Shown here: in pieces, positions 1 to 9,837 of the stretch
How positions within the stretch are numbered: position 1 is the first letter of the stretch
Layout of the letters: each line of letters begins with the position of its first letter
Origin: a virus
Taxonomy: Duplodnaviria > Caudoviricetes
Virus record (IMG/VR): IMGVR_UViG_3300002220_000301
Coordinates: 4,324-68,323 of that record
Reading direction: 5' to 3' (one strand)
DNA length: 64,000 nt
The notes under the pieces: generated by a model
Databases searched by the model: none
The model's input: only the letters and a program-made list of their open reading frames with translations
Told to the model about the DNA's origin: nothing
Made by a program: the position numbers and the translations under genes

Positions 1-374
1 AAGAAAGCTTTCATTACATTCAAGCCGGACTCTTCATAAGTAACGGTAAACATCGCCAGTATAGCCAAAATCGATGCAGATTTCTGCGCGATTCTACTTA
101 TCGCTCCAACAGAAACCATGATGCACTGGTACAGATACACAAGCGCGATGGTGATAACTATCTCCGCCTGTGTGTCGAACGTGTCGCTTGTAACAAAATA
201 CGCGATGGCAAGCAGCACGAGCCCAAGCCCAAACAGAGAAAGTCGCCCCATCCCTTCAGACGCCACAGCGCTTTCGCCTGTAATAATGTCTGTCACATTA
301 TTAGCGATACTTGTTTGGAACTCTTTTTTGCGCTTAAGCTCGCCATCATCGCCTTTCTTGTCGCGGCTTTTCAT
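1..374 (-). CDS. Hypothetical membrane protein, partial (runs off window start)
   Basis: ATG at 374 overlaps stop of upstream ORF (ATGA); translated by hand MKSRDKKG...LSLFGLGLVLLAIAYF... with hydrophobic segments, no stop before base 1. Confidence 0.65.
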   Translation of the reverse strand, partial: MKSRDKKGDDGELKRKKEFQTSIANNVTDIITGESAVASEGMGRLSLFGLGLVLLAIAYFVTSDTFDTQAEIVITIALVYLYQCIMVSVGAISRIAQKSASILAILAMFTVTYEESGLNVMKAF

Positions 375-790
375 TCAAAATCGTTTTCCTTGTCTCCAAA
401 TTTTTCGCAGTCAGCAAGTGTTGGCTTTGCCAAAAGCACATCAATCATTTGCGAGTAAAACTCCAGGCGCCTTCCCCAGGCAGACAGGTTTGCGTCGGCG
501 ATGTCCGCGTTTGCCCGAGCAACGGCGGCGTTCGCCTCGAGTACAGCAAGGTCGTCGTACTCTGGAATGGCTATCCATGCGTTTGCCGCTCGCTCTTCAG
601 CGTTCTTGCCGCTAATTTCTCCAGCAGCGATCATTTTGTTCTTCTTGCTTTCGATTGCATTTTTCATTTCAATCAACTGCAGCTGCGCGTCCGCCTGCTC
701 AGCGATGCGCTTGCTTAAGTCGCTGTAGGCGGTAAAGACTTGATCCATCGCGCCATCTGCAAGCTCTATGTATTCGTCTATCATTTTCAT
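371..790 (-). CDS. Hypothetical protein (coiled-coil-like)
   Basis: 139-aa ORF, operon-like spacing, helical Ala/Glu-rich composition. Confidence 0.7.
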   Translation of the reverse strand: MKMIDEYIELADGAMDQVFTAYSDLSKRIAEQADAQLQLIEMKNAIESKKNKMIAAGEISGKNAEERAANAWIAIPEYDDLAVLEANAAVARANADIADANLSAWGRRLEFYSQMIDVLLAKPTLADCEKFGDKENDFE

Positions 791-795
791 GTTCT

Positions 796-1227
796 TTAAT
801 CCTCCTTGTTGTTTAATGAATATCGCTGTACAACTCTTCGTGGCTTATACAGCGAATCGTCGTCAGATGACGATTCTTCCACGCTGACGTCCGCACTTTC
901 AGCTCCGGTTCGAGAGACAAACAGGTCTACTATAACCTTAAGCGTGTACAGCAGTTTGTCAAAATCTTCGTTGGCGTCCACGCGGTCGATGCCAACGCGA
1001 GCTAACAGCTCCGGAAAGGACGCAATTGCGTTCACAAGAGCCGTTGCTTCGGACTTGTCGGGCTCATTCGGATAGGATATCTTTACGACGATATCGCCGA
1101 ACTCAATCTGATATGTCCTGTCGTCAAGCGACATTACTTCGCCGCTGCTGACTGGGAGCCCGAAATTTTCTGCAATCTCATCTGATATTTCTTCAAGCTC
1201 TTCTTCATAATCTTTATGTTTTTCCAC
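796..1227 (-). CDS. Hypothetical protein
   Basis: 143-aa acidic ORF in tightly packed operon. Confidence 0.7.
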   Translation of the reverse strand: MEKHKDYEEELEEISDEIAENFGLPVSSGEVMSLDDRTYQIEFGDIVVKISYPNEPDKSEATALVNAIASFPELLARVGIDRVDANEDFDKLLYTLKVIVDLFVSRTGAESADVSVEESSSDDDSLYKPRRVVQRYSLNNKED

Positions 1228-1234
1228 TCTTACC

Positions 1235-2272
1235 TCACTGTTTCAGAACTTCAATTACATCTTTTACAGACACGTTATACGCGGCAGCAATGTCAACATA
1301 GGTCTTTCCAGCCTCTTTCATTGACTGCATGTCCGCCTTCATGAGAGCCGTACCGTCCTCTTCGTCAGAATCTCGACTGCTGTCGGAGCCTTTGAGCGAA
1401 AGCTGCATCACAAGTCTTTGGTCATCGGTAAGAACGGACGAGTCGAGCAAAGACATTTCAAACTCATTTGGCATCTCGCTCGGAAGGAGAGCCCGATTTC
1501 CAACTGGATTCTCCCACAGCTCGCGCATCTTCTCCCAGTTAAGGTTCGCGACCTTGCGAGGAAGTACGCTCGCTGTCCTGATTCCGTTCTCAGTGACAAC
1601 TCGTTTTGCTATGCGCTTAAGCACAAGCCCTGTTGGAATAGACGAGCCATCATCAGAGTGTCTTAGCATGATGCGCAGTGTGCTTTTAATAATCACAGGC
1701 TTCATGCAATCTGGGATGCGCTTGCCAGTCTTGATTCCATTTATGTTTTCGTCTTTCATGTGACTTGTCACAATGACAAGCGGAGCCTTAGACTGAAGCA
1801 TGTCAAGCATCTGCGACTCGTACTGCTGGGCGGTTATCCATATCTCTGAGCCATGAATAATGCCACTTGGACTCCATCGCTCGCGGAAGTCTCCCTGATG
1901 AGTCAAGACCCACGGATGAAACGATTTCTCGAACCGAGTAAATGTGTCCCAAATGATGACATCGTATTTACCTGGCTCGATTTGATTAATCATATCGACA
2001 CAGAACTTATGGAACTCCGTCTCCTTCATGCCGTTCGTCTCTTCGACGAGATTGACATATCTCCCAAACGGAGTTCCCGCCTTAGCCATGTCGTTGGCGA
2101 TTGCCTGTCCCTTGACGTCGTCATCAATGAACATTATTCTGTCTGGCATCGCGCCAGACTCAAGCGCGAATGTCGTCTTGCCAACATCCGACTCTCCGCA
2201 CACATTGACGATACCGCTGAACAGGATGCCACCGCCCTTTTTCTCGTCCTTAGGTTTATTCTTTTCTGCCAA
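1235..2272 (-). CDS. RecA-fold/AAA_24 ATPase, Sak4-like single-strand annealing recombinase
   Basis: Walker A GESDVGKT, Walker B VIIWDT, phage recombination context, C-terminal HTH-like tail. Confidence 0.75.
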   Translation of the reverse strand: MAEKNKPKDEKKGGGILFSGIVNVCGESDVGKTTFALESGAMPDRIMFIDDDVKGQAIANDMAKAGTPFGRYVNLVEETNGMKETEFHKFCVDMINQIEPGKYDVIIWDTFTRFEKSFHPWVLTHQGDFRERWSPSGIIHGSEIWITAQQYESQMLDMLQSKAPLVIVTSHMKDENINGIKTGKRIPDCMKPVIIKSTLRIMLRHSDDGSSIPTGLVLKRIAKRVVTENGIRTASVLPRKVANLNWEKMRELWENPVGNRALLPSEMPNEFEMSLLDSSVLTDDQRLVMQLSLKGSDSSRDSDEEDGTALMKADMQSMKEAGKTYVDIAAAYNVSVKDVIEVLKQ

Positions 2273-2287
2273 AATACACCTCCTGCA

Positions 2288-3016
2288 TTACTCTTTATTT
2301 TCTGGCTCGAGCGTAATATTCCAGCCATCCGGAATGCCGAACCATTTTCTCGTGCCCTCGCAAATAGACTGCGAGCACATGTCCTTTTTAGCTTTAGACC
2401 TGTTTGTATATCTTTCGATAAGGTCTATCAAGTTTGGCTCGGCTCCGCGCCTGCGCTCCTCCGCGTAAATTCGCTTCGCAAAGTTCGTCCTTATAACAGG
2501 CACGGTCGCGAGAGTCAGGCTGCCATCGCACAGTGGCTTGTAGTCTTTTATCTCTGTCGGTACGAATCTGGCGTCATCTCCTATGTTCTTTTCTATCTCA
2601 CGAACATAGATGTCAAGATACTCGTCAGAGATATTAACAACCTGGGCGCCGCACGACATAAGATGCACAGCAGTCTCTATGTAAGCTCTGTATGAGCCCA
2701 CGTATCCGTCTCGGTGCCAGGCTCTGTCGCCGCCAGAGTCAATTACAGCGCTCAAGACAACAAACTGTTTCGCGCGCACTTCGAGCTCAATGAGCTTCCT
2801 GAGCCTGTCGTCTATGCTTAAGTCTGGAAACTCGATTATCGCAATGAACACCGAGTTTCCAGATGCATGTTTCGCAACAAGGTCTCCGATCGGCGGAAAC
2901 AGCTTGTCCGAAACAATGATATCGGCTCCGGTGCTCTTGGACAAGTCATCAATCGCCCTTGCATCTGGCAGGGGTGATGGGTGCACGCCAAGTAGCTTAG
3001 AGTCCGCGAAAATCAT
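2288..3016 (-). CDS. Divergent ERCC4/XPF-like nuclease-fold protein
   Basis: N-terminal IFADS and TGADIIV resemble ERCC4 blocks; DL.SIDDRL; C-terminal HhH-like LATVPVIRTNFAKRI; catalytic ERK motif not conserved. Confidence 0.45.
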   Translation of the reverse strand: MIFADSKLLGVHPSPLPDARAIDDLSKSTGADIIVSDKLFPPIGDLVAKHASGNSVFIAIIEFPDLSIDDRLRKLIELEVRAKQFVVLSAVIDSGGDRAWHRDGYVGSYRAYIETAVHLMSCGAQVVNISDEYLDIYVREIEKNIGDDARFVPTEIKDYKPLCDGSLTLATVPVIRTNFAKRIYAEERRRGAEPNLIDLIERYTNRSKAKKDMCSQSICEGTRKWFGIPDGWNITLEPENKE

Positions 3017-3825
3017 CCAAGCGCCTTCACAACAAACGGCACAGGAATGTCGTAGGCCTTGGCAATTTCTGCGACCGACTTTGTTTTAGCTTGTTCGCGG
3101 ATGTCTTTTACCGCGAAGTTCCACGAATCAATGTCCCATCCGCTCGGAAACTCTTTTTCAGCTTCCTTTGCGTCGGCGGGGCTTGCTGGCGCAACATTGG
3201 CATTTGGCGCAGCGCCACCAGAAGTCGCATCAGCGGCAGTATCCTTGCCAAGCATTTCAGCCTCAATGATGCGCATCGCCATTTCTTCGTTGTCAAATTT
3301 CTCGACAACATATGGAACGAGGTTTGCGACCTCTCTCTCTTCGCCTGTCAACTGGTCGAAGGACTTGCGCGTTGGCTTATACGGGTCTGGCTTGAACCCG
3401 ATGCGAACCCACTGGACGCCAAGCTGGGCGTCAGCGCCTTTTAGCGACGGCTTGAGAATGTCCTCGTACCCCTTTGTGTAGGTTGGAAGAACAAACCATC
3501 GGTCTCCCTGCCATCTCGTCGTGTCGTAAAGATAGGTTTTGTCCTTCGGCAGAATGACCGCGATGGCTGCAGTGGGCTGCTTGGCACCAACAGAACGTGC
3601 AAAATCTGCCGCAGCCTTTCTCGCCGCCTCTCTGCTTGCTGGCACTGCCACATCGAACCTCCAGAATGTGTCTTCATTGGAATGTCCAGCAACGAAGACC
3701 TTGTATCCAAAGACTATTTCAGCCTTTGAAATCCAGCCACTGCCTCCTCCTTCCCCTTCTACGGACTTGACATCGTCTGAGTCCCACACACTTATTGCAC
3801 TTTCAACAACTTTGTCGTCTGACAT
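3013..3825 (-). CDS. Putative ssDNA-binding/recombination accessory protein
   Basis: SD GAGGAG before ATG 3825; next to Sak4-like gene; Ala/Pro linker then C-terminal HTH-like motif. Confidence 0.45.
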   Translation of the reverse strand: MSDDKVVESAISVWDSDDVKSVEGEGGGSGWISKAEIVFGYKVFVAGHSNEDTFWRFDVAVPASREAARKAAADFARSVGAKQPTAAIAVILPKDKTYLYDTTRWQGDRWFVLPTYTKGYEDILKPSLKGADAQLGVQWVRIGFKPDPYKPTRKSFDQLTGEEREVANLVPYVVEKFDNEEMAMRIIEAEMLGKDTAADATSGGAAPNANVAPASPADAKEAEKEFPSGWDIDSWNFAVKDIREQAKTKSVAEIAKAYDIPVPFVVKALG

Positions 3826-3965
3826 TTTACTCCTCACTTTCATCTTGCGTATTCTTTGGACTGAAAGTCCAGCTCATTGCGCCCTACATGCATGCGCGTT
3901 TTTAATTATTTTAAATATTTTAAATATTTTAATCATTTAACTTCTCTTGTTTTGTGTACATCCCT

Positions 3966-3994
3966 ATTATAACAACTATCAGAACAAAAGTCAA
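3966..3994 (-). promoter_or_regulatory. sigma70-type promoter for recombination operon
   Basis: TTGACT-17 bp-TATAAT on minus strand. Confidence 0.8.
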
Positions 3995-4161
3995 CTAAAA
4001 CGCCGCTCAGTTTTTGCTCAGTTTTTACTTGATTTTCTCTTTGCAGCCCTTCGGCGCCTCCATTTTTTAGGGTTAATGTTAGCATTGGCTTTAAGCGAAG
4101 ACAAAGTGCTTAAAGCCAATGCACCGTACATACTGTCCAAAACTCCTTGCAAGGACAAGGT

Positions 4162-4482
4162 TTACTCAAGAGTGTAAAGCGTAAATCTGTCCCATTTGCC
4201 ATACAGGAGCTCCGAGATGTCCCGCATGATGGTATCTGCATACATGACATCTATCGCGCGCGCTCCGCTGTCGAGATATACCATCTCTTTTCCGAGCACA
4301 ACGGCAATGCTGTACGTGATGTCTATACATTGCCCAAGCTCGTTAAGAACAAAGAAAGAACCGTAGTAAGAATTGCGCGATGTCTTTCTGCGCTTCAAGA
4401 AAATTATCTTGCGAGTGTTAAGGCTTTTTAATAAGAGCATGTGCTCTTTTTGCTTGTCGTCACTATCCTTGTGTGAGTACAT
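4162..4482 (-). CDS. Hypothetical phage protein
   Basis: Likely start ATG 4482 (MYSHKDSD...); composition typical of small phage proteins. Confidence 0.6.
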   Translation of the reverse strand: MYSHKDSDDKQKEHMLLLKSLNTRKIIFLKRRKTSRNSYYGSFFVLNELGQCIDITYSIAVVLGKEMVYLDSGARAIDVMYADTIMRDISELLYGKWDRFTLYTLE

Positions 4483-6672
4483 TGTCCGCGCCTCGCACAC
4501 TGTCTTTCGACACAATATCAACAATCTTTTTAAGCATCGGCGACAAGGAAACCGCGCCTTCGCTCTCGTCTGCAGGAAAGAAGTTATACTTCTCGCCGTA
4601 GATGTAGTTGTTTGCAGCCACGACATCGCTCACGAGAGAGATGGAATAAACTTGTATGCCCTCGTCGCGAAGTTTGTTTGCCATGTCTCTTGTTTCGTTT
4701 CTTCCGTGAGTTACGGTGCTGTATGCATCGCAGGCTGGCTGACCATCGCTGAGGACTATTAAAGTCCTTCCGATGTCGCGCCCGTCCTGGCTAAAGTTCT
4801 GAGCAACCTCTTCAAGTGCGTAGCTGTCTCCATTGTTTCTGCTGTACAGCCTTCCTGCGTTTATGAATTCGTTCTTTTTGTCCATTGAATACTGATCTGT
4901 AATCTTGCACACGAAGACTTGGTCAAAGTTGCCAGGCATTGTGCTGTGAGCGTACACAGAGCAGTTAACATGTGCTTTTTGCAGTCCTTCAGCAATTGCG
5001 CGCGCCGCCCCGACGACTCCGTCGCTCTATCCTGCCTTCCATTGACAATAAATTTCGTCGAGTTCCCGCGCATACTTCCGGACGCATCGACAAGAATTAT
5101 CACCTCGCTTTCGCGCTCTGTCTCGTTCTCTGGAAGTGGAGAAAATATCTTTTCGTCAGTAAACATGTTGACGATTCTTGTGGGTATCAGTGAAATCCCA
5201 GAGCGAGCTGGCTGAGACTTCTCAACGTCCATTGTGCGAGCCATAAACAGGTTTTTGAGCGAAACTTTGTCGACGCTGTCGTACACTTTAAGCACGTTGC
5301 CTTCAAACACTCGCATTGAATACTCATTGTTTTCATTCGCGTAGCGATAACTCTCGCTAATTTCGAGGACTTTGTCAACGTACTCGCTAACGCTGTTAAA
5401 CGTTACTGGCGCTGGAATCTTCCCAGCCGCCCGGTTGTAGTCAACCTTTCCGCTGAACGCGAGCCTCATAAAATCTTCGAGCCATTCGTTTTTCTTGCTG
5501 TCGCTTACTCGAATGCGCTTGTTGCTACTCTTGTTGGCGTAGTCAAAACTCTCTTGCTCATCTCTTCTCTGCTCCTGTTTCATGACGTCGTTATTCACAG
5601 GGGCGGATGAGTCTTCCGGGGCGATTCCGTCGACCATTCCGCTCGGGTGCCTGCTTGTGCCCTGGTTTTCATTGTTGCCATCGTCGGGATCGCTCTTCTT
5701 TTCGCCAGACTGACTATCCTGTTTCTCTTCTTCCTGCTTTTTAGGCATCGCTATTTCTCTTGCATAGGCGTCAAGTAGATCTGAGGATATTACTTCGCAA
5801 GCCATTTCTGAGTCGTTCTTGATACTGTCTGTCACGCTCGCGAGCATAGCCCTTATGATGTTAATGCCAACCGATGTGCTCACATCGAGAATCTCGGCCG
5901 ATTCTTTTGAAAAACACCTTAAAGCAGACACGCACCAAACAAGATTGTCGAGTGTGTCATCTTTTTTAATTTGCTCTCTCGCCTGAATCGCGAATTCTTT
6001 GTCGAAGAGCTCTCTGAACAACAGCAGTGGGAAGAGGGCCCAGCTTGCGTCGCGATACATCGTTAAACATGCCTTCACAGAAAGTATGTCGTGTATAGCC
6101 GCCGAGATATACGTGAATCTCTCGTCCATGCCCTTGAACTCGACAGCATTGTCAGGGTCGCCTTCGACAGCACGTACTGCATCTGGAAGCATGTTCTCCG
6201 GAGAATAATACCCAGAGATTTTGCGGAGCGTCCATTTGAGCGTTAACTCTCTTTCGTGCTCGGTGGACTTTGCTATCATATCGAGAGCGACCGCGCCATT
6301 GATAAGACCGAGCGTCAGGACGAGCATCTCGTTTTCGCTTAGCCTTTTAACATGCGGATGCCACTGCTCCATTTTTTCTCGGCTATAAAGCCATGACCCG
6401 ACATGGACAATGGTTTGCCTGCTGTCCGGAGTAACGTAAGCGATGGACGGTATGTCTTCGACTGAGATGCGCACCTTTTTTGATATGTTGTTCATGCGCA
6501 GCGTTTTTGCGATTGCGTGCACAAGTCCAGTGATGCCTTCTGACGCCCTGATGACGGAATACAAAGAGCCTCCCATCTGCAATCCAAGGGCGTGGTACCA
6601 CGCCCTTGTTTCGCTGATGATGTCTTCGAGACCGTCATGTACTGGATAGGTCTCGACGCCAAGCTCGCTCAT
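4463..6672 (-). pseudogene. CobT/NorD-like vWA (MIDAS) protein split by a frameshift at about 5021-5027
   Basis: ORF 4861-6672 carries ILVDASGSM; the rest of the vWA domain (GVVGAARAIAEGL...VYAH...LIVLSDGQP) is in another frame ending at 4463; one added base restores a continuous ORF. Confidence 0.8.
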
Positions 6673-7469
6673 CGATTCATCCTCTTGACGAGTGAATTTA
6701 CGGCATCGACAATGTTTTTCTTGACAACCGCATCGTGTATGGAGTTATAGACGGCATACTTGAGCGCCTCGTCGATGCTGAAGCCGAAGCTGGACATCAG
6801 CTTGGCGATTTTCATCCCAGTGCGAGTCGACGCGTCAAGCCCCCAGTTGTTTTGCATATCAAGAATGCGAACCTGGTTCATGATGGTCAAAATGACCTCT
6901 GCGGTGTCTCTCTCAATCACAGAGGAGTACACGGCAATCTCGTTGTCTGGGTAGTCGACGTTCACAAAAAAGTCAAAGCGCTGTCTAAGCGCCTCGTCAA
7001 GTCTGAATGTGCCAGAATACTTGACGCCCTCGTTGATAGTCGCGATGAATGTCGTCTTTGGGTTGACCCTGACTACACTCTCATGAATGACAACCTGACG
7101 GGTGTCGTCGAGAATGCCGTACAAAGTTGACTGAATATACGGCTGAACCCTGTTCAGCTCATCGAGAATAATTACGGCCCCATCGGTGATAGCTTTGACC
7201 AGAGATGAAGGCTCAAAATAAGTCGCGCCGCCAGATGCGCCGCGCTTGCCGAACCACTCTTCTGGGTCTCGAACCGTTCCGCAGTCCATCTTGAGCACTG
7301 GAATTCCAAGGTGCCCAGCAATAAGCATCGGCATCGTTGTCTTTCCTGAGCCAGATGGCCCGAGAAGCAGGATGTTCCATATGTTGCTCTCATCGGTCAT
7401 GGCCGTCTTGAGCGTGGAGTAAACGCCATCGTCGATGACGAATACCCCATGTTTGTTGTTGATTTGCAT
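6669..7469 (-). CDS. MoxR-family AAA+ ATPase (CbbQ/NirQ/NorQ/CobS-like)
   Basis: Walker A GPSGSGKT, IILDELNR, ATINEG..Y.GT..LDEAL..RF; adjacent vWA partner. Confidence 0.9.
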   Translation of the reverse strand: MQINNKHGVFVIDDGVYSTLKTAMTDESNIWNILLLGPSGSGKTTMPMLIAGHLGIPVLKMDCGTVRDPEEWFGKRGASGGATYFEPSSLVKAITDGAVIILDELNRVQPYIQSTLYGILDDTRQVVIHESVVRVNPKTTFIATINEGVKYSGTFRLDEALRQRFDFFVNVDYPDNEIAVYSSVIERDTAEVILTIMNQVRILDMQNNWGLDASTRTGMKIAKLMSSFGFSIDEALKYAVYNSIHDAVVKKNIVDAVNSLVKRMNR

Positions 7470-7552
7470 TTGTTCCTCCTTTTTACCTTTCCTTTTTCTT
7501 AAGTTTTATCTTTTTATGTCTGATGTAAACAAAAGCCATAAAGTGAGTAATA

Positions 7553-8425
7553 TCACGAGCATAGCATAGACCTCGCATCCTGCACAATCCTGGACGCCCA
7601 GTCAGGTGATGTGCTGTATTCAAGTTGTTGGGCTTCTTCGTTTTCGTCGAGTTCATACAGAACAAATCGCCTTGATTTAGGTGCTACTTTATTATCTACA
7701 AGGTCATCTCGATACTCGCATGTCATCAGGACTCTGGTAAGCCGCTTGATGCCGTGAGAATCTTCGCGAGGCGACAATAAGTCATAGTAAAGTATTTTTG
7801 CGCTGTAACGGAGTGCGGAGAAATACTTTCTCTGCTCTCCACTGGCATTTGTTTGGTTTTCCTGCCTGAGATACATGGAAAAGTGCTCCTCTCCGCTCCA
7901 GAGCGCCGCGCTGTCTGCGTCGTAAAGGTACTTTTGCGCAAAAAGAATTGCGCTGTCATCATCTGGGTCTTTCGTGGTGATTGCGTGCCTTTGTTTCGAC
8001 TTGAGAATGAATCGCGCGAAGTTCGAGCAGTTGCCAGTTTTGTTGCTGAATGTGTGAAGTTTTTCTTCAGGAGGGACTCCGTTCTCGAACAGAAGCTTGT
8101 AGTATTCTTGCTCCGAGACTGGAGTTTGCACTCCAGAGACGGGCGTGATATGAACGTATTTTACAGAAACGTACGAGCCTTCGCGCCTTGTGGCTATCTC
8201 ATGTCCGCTTTTCCCGATGTAAACTGGAACCTTGTATATATTCTCGACGCTTATTTTTACTGGACTGTTCGTCGAGCTGGTGCAGGCACTCGGGTCTCTG
8301 GTCACGCCAAATGGAATGCCATCTGAGACATCGGTAACTGTATGCCCATTATCGCGGTGAAGCTTTTTTGCATACTCCCCAGCTATGAGCAAGTTGCATT
8401 TCTTGCAAAAATAAAAATGTGACAT
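7553..8425 (-). CDS. Hypothetical protein (N-terminal CxxC)
   Basis: 290-aa ORF with SD AGGAGG. Confidence 0.75.
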   Translation of the reverse strand: MSHFYFCKKCNLLIAGEYAKKLHRDNGHTVTDVSDGIPFGVTRDPSACTSSTNSPVKISVENIYKVPVYIGKSGHEIATRREGSYVSVKYVHITPVSGVQTPVSEQEYYKLLFENGVPPEEKLHTFSNKTGNCSNFARFILKSKQRHAITTKDPDDDSAILFAQKYLYDADSAALWSGEEHFSMYLRQENQTNASGEQRKYFSALRYSAKILYYDLLSPREDSHGIKRLTRVLMTCEYRDDLVDNKVAPKSRRFVLYELDENEEAQQLEYSTSPDWASRIVQDARSMLCS

Positions 8426-8470
8426 TTATTAACCTCCTTTCTTTGGTTGTTTAAGCGTAAAACAGCCGAG

Positions 8471-8547
8471 TAATACTTAAGTATTATTTGAATCTCAGCC
8501 GTCAATAGTACTTAAGCGGGACTAATACTTAAGTACTATTGACGGCT
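8471..8547. repeat. Nested palindromes: 16-bp perfect palindrome plus 20-bp perfect inverted repeat
   Basis: TAATACTTAAGTATTA at 8471-8486; arms AGCCGTCAATAGTACTTAAG 8497-8516 and its complement 8528-8547. Confidence 0.9.
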
Positions 8548-8578
8548 CTGGAGCGTTTTGCCCCAGAGCCCGCCGCGC

Positions 8579-9349
8579 TTAGTCCGAGTTTTTATTGAAC
8601 TTGTTGAAAATTTGCTTGATCTCTTCAGTGATGTTGATTGGAAGCTCTTCGGCGAGCTTGCTTCCGTCGTACCGCGCGACCTGGTTGCTCGCCTTCCAGT
8701 CTTTGTACAGGTCTTCCATCACTTCGTATGGCACTCTCACCACAATGAAGTCCTGGTCGTCGTAAATTTTGACTGGGAGCGCCCAGTACCCCATGCTCTT
8801 TGGCATTGCGTCGATGACTTCGAAATCATCGCGCCCCGTCTTGTCGCGAATAAACTTCTCGATTTCCTCTCTGTGGCTGGCGTCTGCCTCGAAGCTAAGC
8901 CCCTGCTCGTGTACATACACGAAGGTGTCCCAGAGAAAACTCATATTGTCGCGCCGAATGTCTGGCGCTATGTCGCTTGGTATGTCTCCATCGTTCTCGG
9001 CGAGAACCTGGAGTCCAACTGCCGTGTAGGCAATCTTGAGCGATATCTCGCATATGTCTTCGGCCTGACTGACTTTGTGCGCAGTGTCGCACCACCCGCC
9101 AGTAAGCATGATGAGCAGTGTTCGCCTGTTTTCATCAAGAAGCTCTATGCTCGCGTTTTCATCTTCATCGTCCCTGAGAGCCTTGAGAGATTTCCTGACA
9201 CTGTCAAGGCTTGGAAGGGAGTATTGCCTTGCCGCAATGAGCTGTTTTGGCTCCGGCTCCATTACGAGCCTTCCGTTCTCCTTGTCAAAGTCGAACGTAA
9301 TGATCGCGATGTCTCCGTCGACATCTTTTGTTCTGTACCTGTAAGCCAT
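8579..9349 (-). CDS. Hypothetical protein
   Basis: SD GAGGAG before ATG 9349 (MAYRYRTK...). Confidence 0.75.
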   Translation of the reverse strand: MAYRYRTKDVDGDIAIITFDFDKENGRLVMEPEPKQLIAARQYSLPSLDSVRKSLKALRDDEDENASIELLDENRRTLLIMLTGGWCDTAHKVSQAEDICEISLKIAYTAVGLQVLAENDGDIPSDIAPDIRRDNMSFLWDTFVYVHEQGLSFEADASHREEIEKFIRDKTGRDDFEVIDAMPKSMGYWALPVKIYDDQDFIVVRVPYEVMEDLYKDWKASNQVARYDGSKLAEELPINITEEIKQIFNKFNKNSD

Positions 9350-9350
9350 T

Positions 9351-9746
9351 TTATCTCCTCTCTTCAAATATGTCGAGTGACACAAGCGCTCGACCCGCCT
9401 CGCTGAGAATTTTGCTCTTCAGCGCGAGCAATTCAAAACCGCGCAAGACTACATAGCTTGGCAAGGTCGTCTTGCCTTTTGCGCTCAATGCCAGCGTGTA
9501 GCCCTTGCCTTCCATTGAACTGACGATGTCGACAAGAGAGTCGTTTACATCGCCGTTGTCTCTCAGTCTCACTGTAGCGACCTTCCTGTCCGCCTTTCGC
9601 TTGACCTTTTTGACAAACACATTGTGCATCTCCTGCACGTACTCCTGCATTGCTACCTCCTCTCGGTTTACATTCGTGAGCGCGAAGCCATCGCGCTGTG
9701 TACATCTGTACACATCTGCGCACAGGACAGTTGTCTTGCGCGCCAT
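9351..9746 (-). CDS. Hypothetical protein
   Basis: 131-aa ORF co-oriented with neighbours. Confidence 0.55.
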   Translation of the reverse strand: MARKTTVLCADVYRCTQRDGFALTNVNREEVAMQEYVQEMHNVFVKKVKRKADRKVATVRLRDNGDVNDSLVDIVSSMEGKGYTLALSAKGKTTLPSYVVLRGFELLALKSKILSEAGRALVSLDIFEERR

Positions 9747-9837
9747 CTATACAGATGCCTTATTCACTCTTGGCGCCAAGTCCTTCATGGCAATTGAGTT
9801 CACGCATTACATTTGCCCTTGCGAACTGTGTCCAGGA

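Noticed and set aside
1853-2695. 280-aa plus-strand ORF (also 8558-9406, 10511-11368, 46056-46766 and many shorter antisense ORFs)
   Set aside because: Antisense shadows of codon-biased real genes; no SD, no motifs
5021-5029. Stop-codon reassignment (TAG) explaining the vWA break
   Set aside because: A frame change is needed regardless, and long genes read through in the standard code with TAG used as a normal stop
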